NCBI GenBank assembly: GCA_025728545.1
Contig: JAOBJL010000002.1
Coordinates: forward strand, 44,178-108,177
Direction of reading: 5' to 3'
From: Candidatus Lightella neohaematopini
GTDB lineage: Bacteria; Pseudomonadota; Gammaproteobacteria; Enterobacterales; Enterobacteriaceae
Length of the DNA: 64,000 bases
Position 1 is the stretch's first letter; each line of letters opens with the position of its first letter. Shown here piece by piece: positions 1 through 8,164 of this stretch. The notes below the pieces were generated by a model, which was not told the DNA's origin, searched no databases, and saw only the letters and a program-made list of their open reading frames with translations. The translations under genes and the position numbers were made by a program.

Positions 1-228
1 ATTTTTTGGATTAATATATATTGATTTATTTTTTTTAATTTTTACTCCTAGTTTATTTAATAATTTTATTGCTATATCAATATCTTTTAATTTAGGTAAA
101 TTTTTTATTTCCACAGTATTTTCTGTTAATAATGTAGCAAATAATATTGGTAAGGCAGAATTTTTTGCACCAGAAATGTTTACTTTTCCACTTAATTTAG
201 TTGGACCATAAATATATAATTTACTCAT
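1..228 (-). CDS. murA: UDP-N-acetylglucosamine 1-carboxyvinyltransferase MurA, first 76 codons only (gene runs off the left edge)
   Basis: The reverse-strand translation from ATG (complement of 226-228) is [51 protein letters not shown]... This is collinear with the E. coli MurA N-terminus (GPTKLxGxVxISGAKNAALPIL...PKLKDVD). It is missing from the ORF track because the window edge truncates it. Confidence 0.9.
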   Translation of the reverse strand, partial: MSKLYIYGPTKLSGKVNISGAKNSALPILFATLLTENTVEIKNLPKLKDIDIAIKLLNKLGVKIKKNKSIYINPKN

Positions 229-240
229 TAAAAATTTTTA

Positions 241-495
241 TTAGTTATTTTTTTTATTATTATAATTTTTCCACTCATCGGGAGTGTATGTTGTAATTGA
301 TATAGAATGAATAATATTATTTTTTATGTATTTAGCTAATGGTTTATAAACTTCTTGTTGTCTTTCTAATATAGTTAAATTAGTAAAACTATCTTTTATA
401 ATTGTGACACATAAATGATTATGATAATTTTTAATATAACATTTATTAGGAGATAAATAATCTAATAAATCATTTTTTATTTTTTCTATATCCAT
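241..495 (-). CDS. ibaG: BolA-family protein IbaG (YrbA)
   Basis: The 84 aa product matches E. coli YrbA in ERQQEVYKPLAKYI..NIIHSISITTYTPDEW (E. coli: [32 protein letters not shown]). It lies directly upstream of murA, as in E. coli. Confidence 0.85.
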   Translation of the reverse strand: MDIEKIKNDLLDYLSPNKCYIKNYHNHLCVTIIKDSFTNLTILERQQEVYKPLAKYIKNNIIHSISITTYTPDEWKNYNNKKNN

Positions 496-731
496 AATTT
501 TTTTTAATAAAATATGTTTATAATATAAAATAATTATAATTTAAAAAAATTATACGTAAAATAATTTATACTAGTTATATAATTATAATATATTTAGTAT
601 TATAAATAAAAATATTACTCATCTTAATAAATAAATTAATTAATGATAATATACTATAGTTATAATTTAAATTTTATATTATAAAATTAAAATTATATTC
701 TATTAATTTTTATTATACTATTGGAATTTTT

Positions 732-1703
732 ATGTCTTTTAATAAATTATTAATGTCTTATGATTTTATATCTACTGGTAAATCTATTTTAAGAAAGGAA
801 ATAAATTGTCTAAAAAAATTAAATAAATGTATTGATATTAATTTTCACAATGCATGTCAATTAATATTATATTGTACAGGTAAGGTAATTACAATGGGTG
901 TAGGTAAATCTGGACATATAGCTAAAAAAATAGCAGCTACCTTTTCTAGTACTGGTACTCCATCATTCTTTATTCATCCTAATGATGCTGGTCATGGTGA
1001 TTTAGGTATGATATCTAGTAACGATATTATTGTAATATTATCTAATTCTGGAGAGTCTAGAGAATTATTAGTTTTAATTCCAACATTAAAATATCTAAAA
1101 GTAAATATTATTAGTATAACAAGAAATACTGGAAGTACAATTGGCAAAATATCTAAAGTTAATATTTATACCAATATTACGCAAGAAGTTTGCATATTTG
1201 GGTTGGCACCAACTACTAGTACAGCTGCTATGCTAATAATTGGTGATACTTTAGCAATTACTTTATCCAAAGTAAAAAAATTTACTTTAAATAAATTTAT
1301 TTTATCACATCCAGAAGGTACGATAAAAAACACTAACTTAATTAAAGTTAGTGATGTTATGCGTAATATTAAAGATTTACCAATAATTTATAGTAATATT
1401 TCTTTATATGAAGTAATGAAAAAAATAAATAATTATTTAGGTATAGTTATTATTTGTAATAAAGATAATAATGTAATTGGTATAATCACAAATAAAGATA
1501 TAAAAAACTTTTTGTTTAAAAATATTAATTTAAAACAAATTAGTGTTTCATTAGTAATGAAAACTAATTTAATTAGTATTGGACCAAATCAACCATTAAT
1601 AAATGCTATTAATTTAATTAAATTAAATAGAATAAAAAATTTAATTGTAATAGATAATTATAAATTAATTGGTATAATTAATATATATGATATTTTTACA
1701 TAA
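732..1703 (+). CDS. kdsD: Arabinose-5-phosphate isomerase KdsD (SIS domain plus CBS pair)
   Basis: The product is 323 aa with a SIS motif GVGKSGHIAKKIAATFSSTGTPSFF..HGDLGM and a C-terminal CBS pair. It is followed by kdsC, as in E. coli. Confidence 0.9.
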   Translation: MSFNKLLMSYDFISTGKSILRKEINCLKKLNKCIDINFHNACQLILYCTGKVITMGVGKSGHIAKKIAATFSSTGTPSFFIHPNDAGHGDLGMISSNDIIVILSNSGESRELLVLIPTLKYLKVNIISITRNTGSTIGKISKVNIYTNITQEVCIFGLAPTTSTAAMLIIGDTLAITLSKVKKFTLNKFILSHPEGTIKNTNLIKVSDVMRNIKDLPIIYSNISLYEVMKKINNYLGIVIICNKDNNVIGIITNKDIKNFLFKNINLKQISVSLVMKTNLISIGPNQPLINAINLIKLNRIKNLIVIDNYKLIGIINIYDIFT

Positions 1704-1712
1704 ATTAAATTA

Positions 1713-2258
1713 ATGAATATAGAAAAAATAAAAAATAATAACGCAAATTTAGTAACAAAAGAGATATTAAATTTAGCTAAGAGTATTAAATTATTAGTTT
1801 GTGATATAGATGGTGTCATGACTAATAATATTATTTATGTTGATCATAAAGGTGAAGAACTAAGATCATTTAATGTTCGTGATAGTTATGGTATTTTTTG
1901 TTTAAAAAAATTTAATATAGAGGTTGCAGTAATTAGTGGTAGATATTCTAAAATAGTAGATTACTATTGTAATACTTTAAATATTAAATATATATATCAA
2001 AATAAACTAAATAAAGTTCCAGTATTGTATGAAATTTTAAATCAACTAAATTTAACTATTGATGATACTGCTTATATCGGTGATGATCTAATAGATATTC
2101 CTGTTATGAAATTAGTAAAATTTAGTGTGGCTGTATTTGATGCTCATCCAGCATTGTTTAAAGTAGCTAATTACGTAACTAATTATATAGGTGGTAATGG
2201 AGCTGTAAGAGAAGTATGTGATTTATTACTTATTGCGCAGAATAAGTTAGTTTATTAG
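1713..2258 (+). CDS. kdsC: KDO-8-phosphate phosphatase KdsC (HAD family)
   Basis: The 181 aa product has the HAD motifs LLVCDIDGVMT and YIGDDLIDIPVM. Its C-terminus REVCDLLLIAQNKL matches the E. coli KdsC end. Confidence 0.9.
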   Translation: MNIEKIKNNNANLVTKEILNLAKSIKLLVCDIDGVMTNNIIYVDHKGEELRSFNVRDSYGIFCLKKFNIEVAVISGRYSKIVDYYCNTLNIKYIYQNKLNKVPVLYEILNQLNLTIDDTAYIGDDLIDIPVMKLVKFSVAVFDAHPALFKVANYVTNYIGGNGAVREVCDLLLIAQNKLVY

Positions 2259-2321
2259 TTTTATACTAAAAATATTATTTTTTAAAATGGACAAATATTA
2301 ACATAATTAGATAAACAAATT

Positions 2322-2822
2322 ATGTTACCTATTTATTATAATTATTTAAAAATAATTAATTTTCTATTATGTACATTATTAATTTTAATTATTAATAGTA
2401 ATGTACTAGCAAATGTAAAAAATAATATTTTAATATCATCAGATAATCAAATAATTAATTTATTTAATAACACTATTAAATTTAGTGATAATGTTAAAAT
2501 AAAATTTTCTAACATATTAATTAATGCTGATAAAGTCATTATTAGTAACATTAATAATATAAATAATAATATAATGTATGGTTATGGAAAACCACTAATT
2601 TATATTAAAATATGTACTAATAATTTTAATTTATTTGGTAAGTCCAACCAATTTTATTTTAATAAAAATAAAAATATTATTCTTTTAATAAATAATGTTA
2701 ATATTTATTATTATAATATTCGTATTTGTTGTAAATATTTGATATATGTAATTAACAAAAAACAAATAATACTACTTAATAATAATAGTAAACAAATACA
2801 TATTTTAATTAAAAATTCATAA
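2322..2822 (+). CDS. lptA: LPS transport periplasmic bridge protein LptA
   Basis: The 166 aa product has a hydrophobic N-terminus ending ..SNVLA|N. It then matches E. coli LptA: ILISSDNQ..FSDNVKI..ILINADKVIIS...YGYGKP versus IHIESDQQ..FTGNVIV..IKINADKVVVT...DGYGKP. It sits directly upstream of lptB. Confidence 0.75.
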   Translation: MLPIYYNYLKIINFLLCTLLILIINSNVLANVKNNILISSDNQIINLFNNTIKFSDNVKIKFSNILINADKVIISNINNINNNIMYGYGKPLIYIKICTNNFNLFGKSNQFYFNKNKNIILLINNVNIYYYNIRICCKYLIYVINKKQIILLNNNSKQIHILIKNS

Positions 2823-2834
2823 AGTACAGGTAAT

Positions 2835-3560
2835 ATGAGTTATTTAATTGTAAAAAACCTTAGCAAAAAATATAATGATACATTAGTAATTAATGACGTT
2901 AACTTATATTTTGATTCGAAAAAAATTATTGGTATATTAGGCCCTAATGGTTCTGGTAAAACTACTATATTCTACATGATTATTGGTATTATTAAAAATA
3001 ATTGTGGAGAAATATTAATTGATAATATTAATATAAATAAATTTTCTATACATAAAAGAGTATACTATGGTATAAATTTTTTACCACAAAAGACTTCTAT
3101 TTTTCGTAATTTAAGTGTGTTTGATAATATTATGATTGTATTAGAAAATAAAAAAAATTTATCGTATGAAAAAAGAAAAAAATTAGTATTATCATTAACT
3201 AAAAAATTTAATATAGAACATTTAATTAATAATATGGGTTATACATTATCTGGAGGTGAATGCAGAAAAGTAGAAATAGCTCGTACTATAGCAACTAACC
3301 CTAAATTTATATTATTTGATGAACCATTTTTAGGTATAGATCCAATATCAATATTAAAAATAAAAAATATTATTAAGCAATTAAATAATAATGGTTTAGG
3401 AATAATTATTACTGATCATAATACTAAAGAAATTTTTGATATATGTGAAGAATTATATATCTTATATAACGGTAAAGTTATTGCTAATGGTACATCTAAA
3501 GAAATTAAATCAAATAAAAAAGTAAAATCATTGTATTTAGGAAAATATTTTATAAATTAA
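2835..3560 (+). CDS. lptB: LPS export ABC transporter ATPase LptB
   Basis: The product is 241 aa, the same length as E. coli LptB. It has Walker A GPNGSGKTT, the signature LSGGECRK and Walker B ILFDEPF. Confidence 0.9.
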   Translation: MSYLIVKNLSKKYNDTLVINDVNLYFDSKKIIGILGPNGSGKTTIFYMIIGIIKNNCGEILIDNININKFSIHKRVYYGINFLPQKTSIFRNLSVFDNIMIVLENKKNLSYEKRKKLVLSLTKKFNIEHLINNMGYTLSGGECRKVEIARTIATNPKFILFDEPFLGIDPISILKIKNIIKQLNNNGLGIIITDHNTKEIFDICEELYILYNGKVIANGTSKEIKSNKKVKSLYLGKYFIN

Positions 3561-3644
3561 AAATATAAAACTAATTAATTTATTATGTTCTTATAAGTAA
3601 AATATATTTAATTTATTGGTATTTATTTTTAGTATTAATATACT

Positions 3645-4271
3645 ATGTTAAATTACAGTATAATATATATTATTTCTGCTCCTAGCGGAACTGGAAAATC
3701 TAGTTTGATTAAATCTTTTATTAAAAATAAATTACTAAAGAACATAACAATATCAATTTCATACACAACAAGAAAAAAAAGAATAGGTGAAAAACATGGT
3801 GAACATTATTTTTTTATTTCAGTAAAAGAATTTAAAGAAATGATAAAAAGAAAATTTTTTTTAGAATATGCTATTGTTTTTGGTAATTATTATGGTACTA
3901 CTTATACAAGTATAAAAAATTTAGTAAGTAATAATACTAGTATAATTTTAAATATAGACTGGCAAGGAGCAAGACAAGTTAAAAATAAGTTACCTAATGT
4001 TTGTAGTATATTTATAATTCCACCATCTATAAAAGAGCTAAATAATAGATTATATTTAAGGGGCCAAGATAGCGTACATGTTATTAAAAACAGAATTAAT
4101 CAATTTTATAATGATATAAAGTATTGTAAAGAATATAATTATTTAATAGTAAATGATAACTTTGAATTAACTCTAAAACAACTAAAAGCTATCATAATAG
4201 CTGAACAATTAAAAATTAAATATCAAAAAAATAATTACTTATTAAACCAGGGGTATTTATGGCAAGAATAA
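3645..4271 (+). CDS. gmk: Guanylate kinase
   Basis: The 208 aa product has the P-loop SAPSGTGKSSL, TTRKKRIGEKHGEHYFF and FGNYYGT. It is followed by rpoZ, as in E. coli. Confidence 0.9.
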   Translation: MLNYSIIYIISAPSGTGKSSLIKSFIKNKLLKNITISISYTTRKKRIGEKHGEHYFFISVKEFKEMIKRKFFLEYAIVFGNYYGTTYTSIKNLVSNNTSIILNIDWQGARQVKNKLPNVCSIFIIPPSIKELNNRLYLRGQDSVHVIKNRINQFYNDIKYCKEYNYLIVNDNFELTLKQLKAIIIAEQLKIKYQKNNYLLNQGYLWQE

Positions 4272-4438
4272 CTGTACAGAAAGCAATAGACAAAGTAGGT
4301 AATGTATTTGACTTAATTTTAATTGCTGCAGATAAAGCAAGAAATATACAAAATAATGAAAGAATGTCTATATTAAATAATGAAATTCATGATAAATGTA
4401 CAATTATTGCTCTTAAAGATATTGAAAAAAATTATTAA
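4259..4438 (+). CDS. rpoZ: RNA polymerase omega subunit (short, 59 aa)
   Basis: This gene is not in the ORF track because it is under 60 aa. The ATG at 4259 overlaps the gmk 3' end by 13 nt. The translation MARITVQKAIDKVGNVFDLILIAADKARNIQ...DKCTIIALKDIEKNY matches E. coli RpoZ [31 protein letters not shown]...DKTTVIALREIEEG. Confidence 0.85.
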   Translation: MARITVQKAIDKVGNVFDLILIAADKARNIQNNERMSILNNEIHDKCTIIALKDIEKNY

Positions 4439-4661
4439 ATTTACTATTAATAATAATTATAATACTATTTTAGTATGTAATAATAGTTTCATTAATGTAT
4501 AATTAGTTATGTTAAATTGTTTAATATTAGCTAATTATTATTTTATAATATTAATTATAAAATTTATTTTATTAAAATTATTTATCATAAATATTAATCA
4601 AAATATATAATTAACATTGAATTAATTACATTAAAATTTTAATAATTATTATGAGTATTTT

Positions 4662-5600
4662 ATGTTTAAATATAGTAAATTAATTATATTAGGTTCTGGT
4701 CCAGCTGGTTATACTGCTGCTATGTATACTGCTCGTGCTAACTTAAATCCATTATTAATTACTGGTAATAATATCGGTGGACAATTAGTTAATACTATCA
4801 GTATAGAAAACTGGCCTGGAGAATATAATATATCTGGTTATGATTTAATGAATAAATTATTTAAACAAATAAAACAATATAAAATAAGTATTATTAATGA
4901 TAGTATTACAAGTACTAATTTCAATACTAATCCTTTTACATTATACAGTAATAATTATATATATAAGTGCAATGTAATAATTATTGCTACTGGTACTTAT
5001 CCCCGCCGTTTAAATTTAATATCTGAAAAAAATTATGAAAATAAAGGTATATCTACTTGTGCATTATGTGATGGTAACTTTTATAAAAATAAAATAGTAG
5101 CTATTGTTGGTGGTGGTAATACTGCATTAGAAGAAGCTTTATACTTATCAAATATCGTTAAAAAAATATATATTATACATAGAAAGAATAAATTTAGTGC
5201 AGAACCTATAATAATCGATAAAATTATAGACTTAATTAAAAATAATAAAATTATATTTTATAAAAATAGTATTCTTGAAGAAGTGTTAGGTAATAATTAT
5301 ATAATAACTAATATTAAAATTAAAAATATATTAGATCAAAGTATCACAAATATTAATATTGATGGTTTATTTTTAGCAATAGGACATATTGCAAATACAA
5401 ATATATTTAATAATCAACTATTACTAAAAGATAATTATATATGTACGAATATTAATAAAAATTATAAAACATCAACTTCTATACCTGGTATTTTTGCAGC
5501 AGGTGATATAGTCTATGGTAATTACAGACAAGCTATAATAGCCGCTGGTAGTGGTTGTATAGCTGCGTTAGATGTTATAAATTACCTAAATAATTGTTAA
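4662..5600 (+). CDS. trxB: Thioredoxin reductase
   Basis: The 312 aa product has the FAD motif [10 protein letters not shown], the redox centre CALCDG (E. coli CATCDG), the NADPH motif [10 protein letters not shown] and GIFAAGD. Confidence 0.9.
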   Translation: MFKYSKLIILGSGPAGYTAAMYTARANLNPLLITGNNIGGQLVNTISIENWPGEYNISGYDLMNKLFKQIKQYKISIINDSITSTNFNTNPFTLYSNNYIYKCNVIIIATGTYPRRLNLISEKNYENKGISTCALCDGNFYKNKIVAIVGGGNTALEEALYLSNIVKKIYIIHRKNKFSAEPIIIDKIIDLIKNNKIIFYKNSILEEVLGNNYIITNIKIKNILDQSITNINIDGLFLAIGHIANTNIFNNQLLLKDNYICTNINKNYKTSTSIPGIFAAGDIVYGNYRQAIIAAGSGCIAALDVINYLNNC

Positions 5601-5613
5601 AAAAATAATAATT

Positions 5614-5832
5614 ATGAATAAAAAAAATAATATTGAAATGTGGGGTACTGTATTAGATACATTACCAAATACTATGTTTAGAGTTAAATTAGATAATAAT
5701 CATATAGTTACTGCTCATATTTCTGGTAAAATGCGTAAGAATTATATTAGAATTCTTACTGGAGATAAAGTTATTGTTGAATTAACTCCTTATGATATAG
5801 ATAAAGGTAGAATAATATTTCGTAATCGTTAA
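5614..5832 (+). CDS. infA: Translation initiation factor IF-1
   Basis: The 72 aa product contains [37 protein letters not shown], which is close to E. coli IF-1. Confidence 0.95.
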   Translation: MNKKNNIEMWGTVLDTLPNTMFRVKLDNNHIVTAHISGKMRKNYIRILTGDKVIVELTPYDIDKGRIIFRNR

Positions 5833-5839
5833 TATATAT

Positions 5840-5924
5840 TACCGAAGATCGGACTTGAACCGATAAGTCTTTTAAAGACGGTTAATTTTGAGTTAACTGC
5901 GTTTACCAATTTCGCCACTTCGGT
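5840..5924 (-). tRNA. leuX: tRNA-Leu (anticodon CAA), long variable arm
   Basis: The reverse strand reads ACCGAAGTGGCGAAATTGGTAAACGCAGTTAACTCAAAATTAACCGTCTTTAAAAGACTTATCGGTTCAAGTCCGATCTTCGGTA. It has an acceptor stem ACCGAAG/CTTCGGT, an anticodon stem-loop GTTAA-CTCAAAA-TTAAC and a T arm ATCGG-TTCAAGT-CCGAT. It closely resembles E. coli leuX. No CCA is encoded. Confidence 0.9.
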
Positions 5925-5938
5925 TTATAAATTGATTA

Positions 5939-6997
5939 TTATAATATATTTTTATTTATTTTTATACAATATATAAATACTATTAAGTGTAGTATTAGCA
6001 CTATTAATAATATTTTATATGTAATAAAACTTATATATAGCGTAATTTGATGTATAGTATAGAATAAAAAATTTACTATCATATTTTTTAAAACTATATT
6101 TTTTATAGATAGTTTTTCTAATTCACGAAAACTTAATGAAGTTATAATAAATATAATAGTAATAGTATTAATTGGTAGTAGTAGTTTATTTAACATATAT
6201 AATTGGTAATAATAATAATCTATATTATCTTTATTTAAAAGATTAATTTGATGGTATAATTGTTTAATAGACAATAATTCTGGTGTTATAGTAAAAATAT
6301 GTAGTTCGTATGGTGTTAAATTAGTATGCCATATACAAAATGGTATATAATTACTTAATATAGGCTTGGTTAATCTTAAATATTTTACTTCATATAGTAT
6401 CCAGTAATTTTTAATAAATACTGCAGTTTTAGCATAATATATAGTAGATAATTTATTATTATTTTGTGTACAAAATATATTTACATTAAATATCTTATTA
6501 TTATAAATATTTTCTATTAAAATTAATTCTTTATTATTTTTAATATAAATGTTATAGGAAGTATTTTTTTTTGGATTAAAGTTAAACAGAAAATAATTAA
6601 ACGATAAAGTAATTTCTAAAATTAATAGGATAAATATTGATATAATAATACTAATTTTAGTTATTAATACTGTAATTTGACAACATTTTTTTAATGTTAA
6701 AATTGTTATTAATTCATTATTCGTTATTAACGAAATTATACTACATAATACAGATAAAGATATTATTATTGGTAAAAATAATTCTATATCCTTAATAACA
6801 TTAAATAAAATTATTAACACAATATGAATTACCGAATAATTATGTATCTTATTTGATAATTCAACCAATTTACTAATACAAGATAATAAACCTATAATAC
6901 ATGAAACTTGTATAGTATAAATAAAAATACTTTTCATAATATACAAATTTAGTATACCAAATAGTGGTTTTATATATTTATTAACATTATTTATCAT
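5939..6997 (-). CDS. lptG: LPS export ABC permease LptG
   Basis: The 352 aa product matches E. coli LptG in FGILNLYIMKSIF (FGVLDRYIGKTIF) and WHTNLTPYEL..ITPELLSIKQL (WKTNLTPDKL..LDPDALSISGL). Its start overlaps the lptF stop by 4 nt. Confidence 0.85.
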   Translation of the reverse strand: MINNVNKYIKPLFGILNLYIMKSIFIYTIQVSCIIGLLSCISKLVELSNKIHNYSVIHIVLIILFNVIKDIELFLPIIISLSVLCSIISLITNNELITILTLKKCCQITVLITKISIIISIFILLILEITLSFNYFLFNFNPKKNTSYNIYIKNNKELILIENIYNNKIFNVNIFCTQNNNKLSTIYYAKTAVFIKNYWILYEVKYLRLTKPILSNYIPFCIWHTNLTPYELHIFTITPELLSIKQLYHQINLLNKDNIDYYYYQLYMLNKLLLPINTITIIFIITSLSFRELEKLSIKNIVLKNMIVNFLFYTIHQITLYISFITYKILLIVLILHLIVFIYCIKINKNIL

Positions 6998-8007
6998 AAT
7001 AACTTATTAGTTAAATATTTCATTAATATTATAATATTTAAATAAAATACATATAACAACCACATTAATAAATATGAATAACTTATCGTACTAATACGCA
7101 ATAAATGTTGTATAATAAAAAATAATATATATAATGTTATTATGAGTGAAATACCAAATATTCTTTTAATATCACTAATTAATATTATTACAGATAATAA
7201 ATAAAATAATGGTATTGATAGTATTAAATTATATCTCCAATGTAGCTCATTTTTATTTACATTAATAGTATTAATTAATTGGTTTAAATTTAATTGATTA
7301 GCTGGTAAATTAATATATTTTTTATTCTTAATATAAAAAAATAAATAATATTTTTTAAATTTTGTTATTATTACACTACGATTTAATAAATTATAATAGA
7401 TATTTTTACCGTTGCATAATATAACTAATTTATATTTATTATTAGCATTAATACTATCAATACTTCCAGTACTTATTAAGTAATATTTATTTTTCTTAAT
7501 TTTTACTGAATAGATGTTATTTAATATATTATTAAAGATGATATTATTATTAATATTCTTAGGAAAATTATTTAATATTAATTGATTAATATTATTTTGT
7601 TTATTATCAAATAATAATTGACAATAATATTTATTAGATATTGGTACAATCCACATACTATTAATAGTAGTAAGAAACATAATAAAAATACTCATAATTA
7701 ATAATGCTAAGTATATTATATTTTTATTATATCCACAGCTATAAATAGCTAATAATTCATTATTATTATATATATGTTTTACAGTAATAAAAACACTAAT
7801 TATAACACTTACTGGTATTACCATCTGTATTATTTCAGGAATTTTTAAAATTATTAAATTAATAGCTAAAATTTTAGTAATATATCCAATACTAATTAAC
7901 TTAATTATTTGTACTGTTTTATGGCAAAAAAACACTAATACTAAAGTTAGTATAACTATGGTTTGAATTTTACATATTTTATTAAATATATATTTAATAA
8001 TAATCAT
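6994..8007 (-). CDS. lptF: LPS export ABC permease LptF
   Basis: The 337 aa product matches E. coli LptF in MIIIKYIFNK..FFCHKTVQII..YNNNELLAIYSCGYNK (MIIIRYLVRE..FFCQKLVRIL..YTESEITVMHACGLSK). Confidence 0.85.
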   Translation of the reverse strand: MIIIKYIFNKICKIQTIVILTLVLVFFCHKTVQIIKLISIGYITKILAINLIILKIPEIIQMVIPVSVIISVFITVKHIYNNNELLAIYSCGYNKNIIYLALLIMSIFIMFLTTINSMWIVPISNKYYCQLLFDNKQNNINQLILNNFPKNINNNIIFNNILNNIYSVKIKKNKYYLISTGSIDSINANNKYKLVILCNGKNIYYNLLNRSVIITKFKKYYLFFYIKNKKYINLPANQLNLNQLINTINVNKNELHWRYNLILSIPLFYLLSVIILISDIKRIFGISLIITLYILFFIIQHLLRISTISYSYLLMWLLYVFYLNIIILMKYLTNKLL

Positions 8008-8164
8008 AATTGTATATATTTAATATAATTTTAAATTATTGTATTAACTAAATTTAATAATTAATTGCAGATATGTTTATTATGGATTTAAATATTTTAG
8101 TTTTATCTAATAAAATTTAGTATAATAAATGAATAACAATACTAACAATTATAGGTATTAATTA

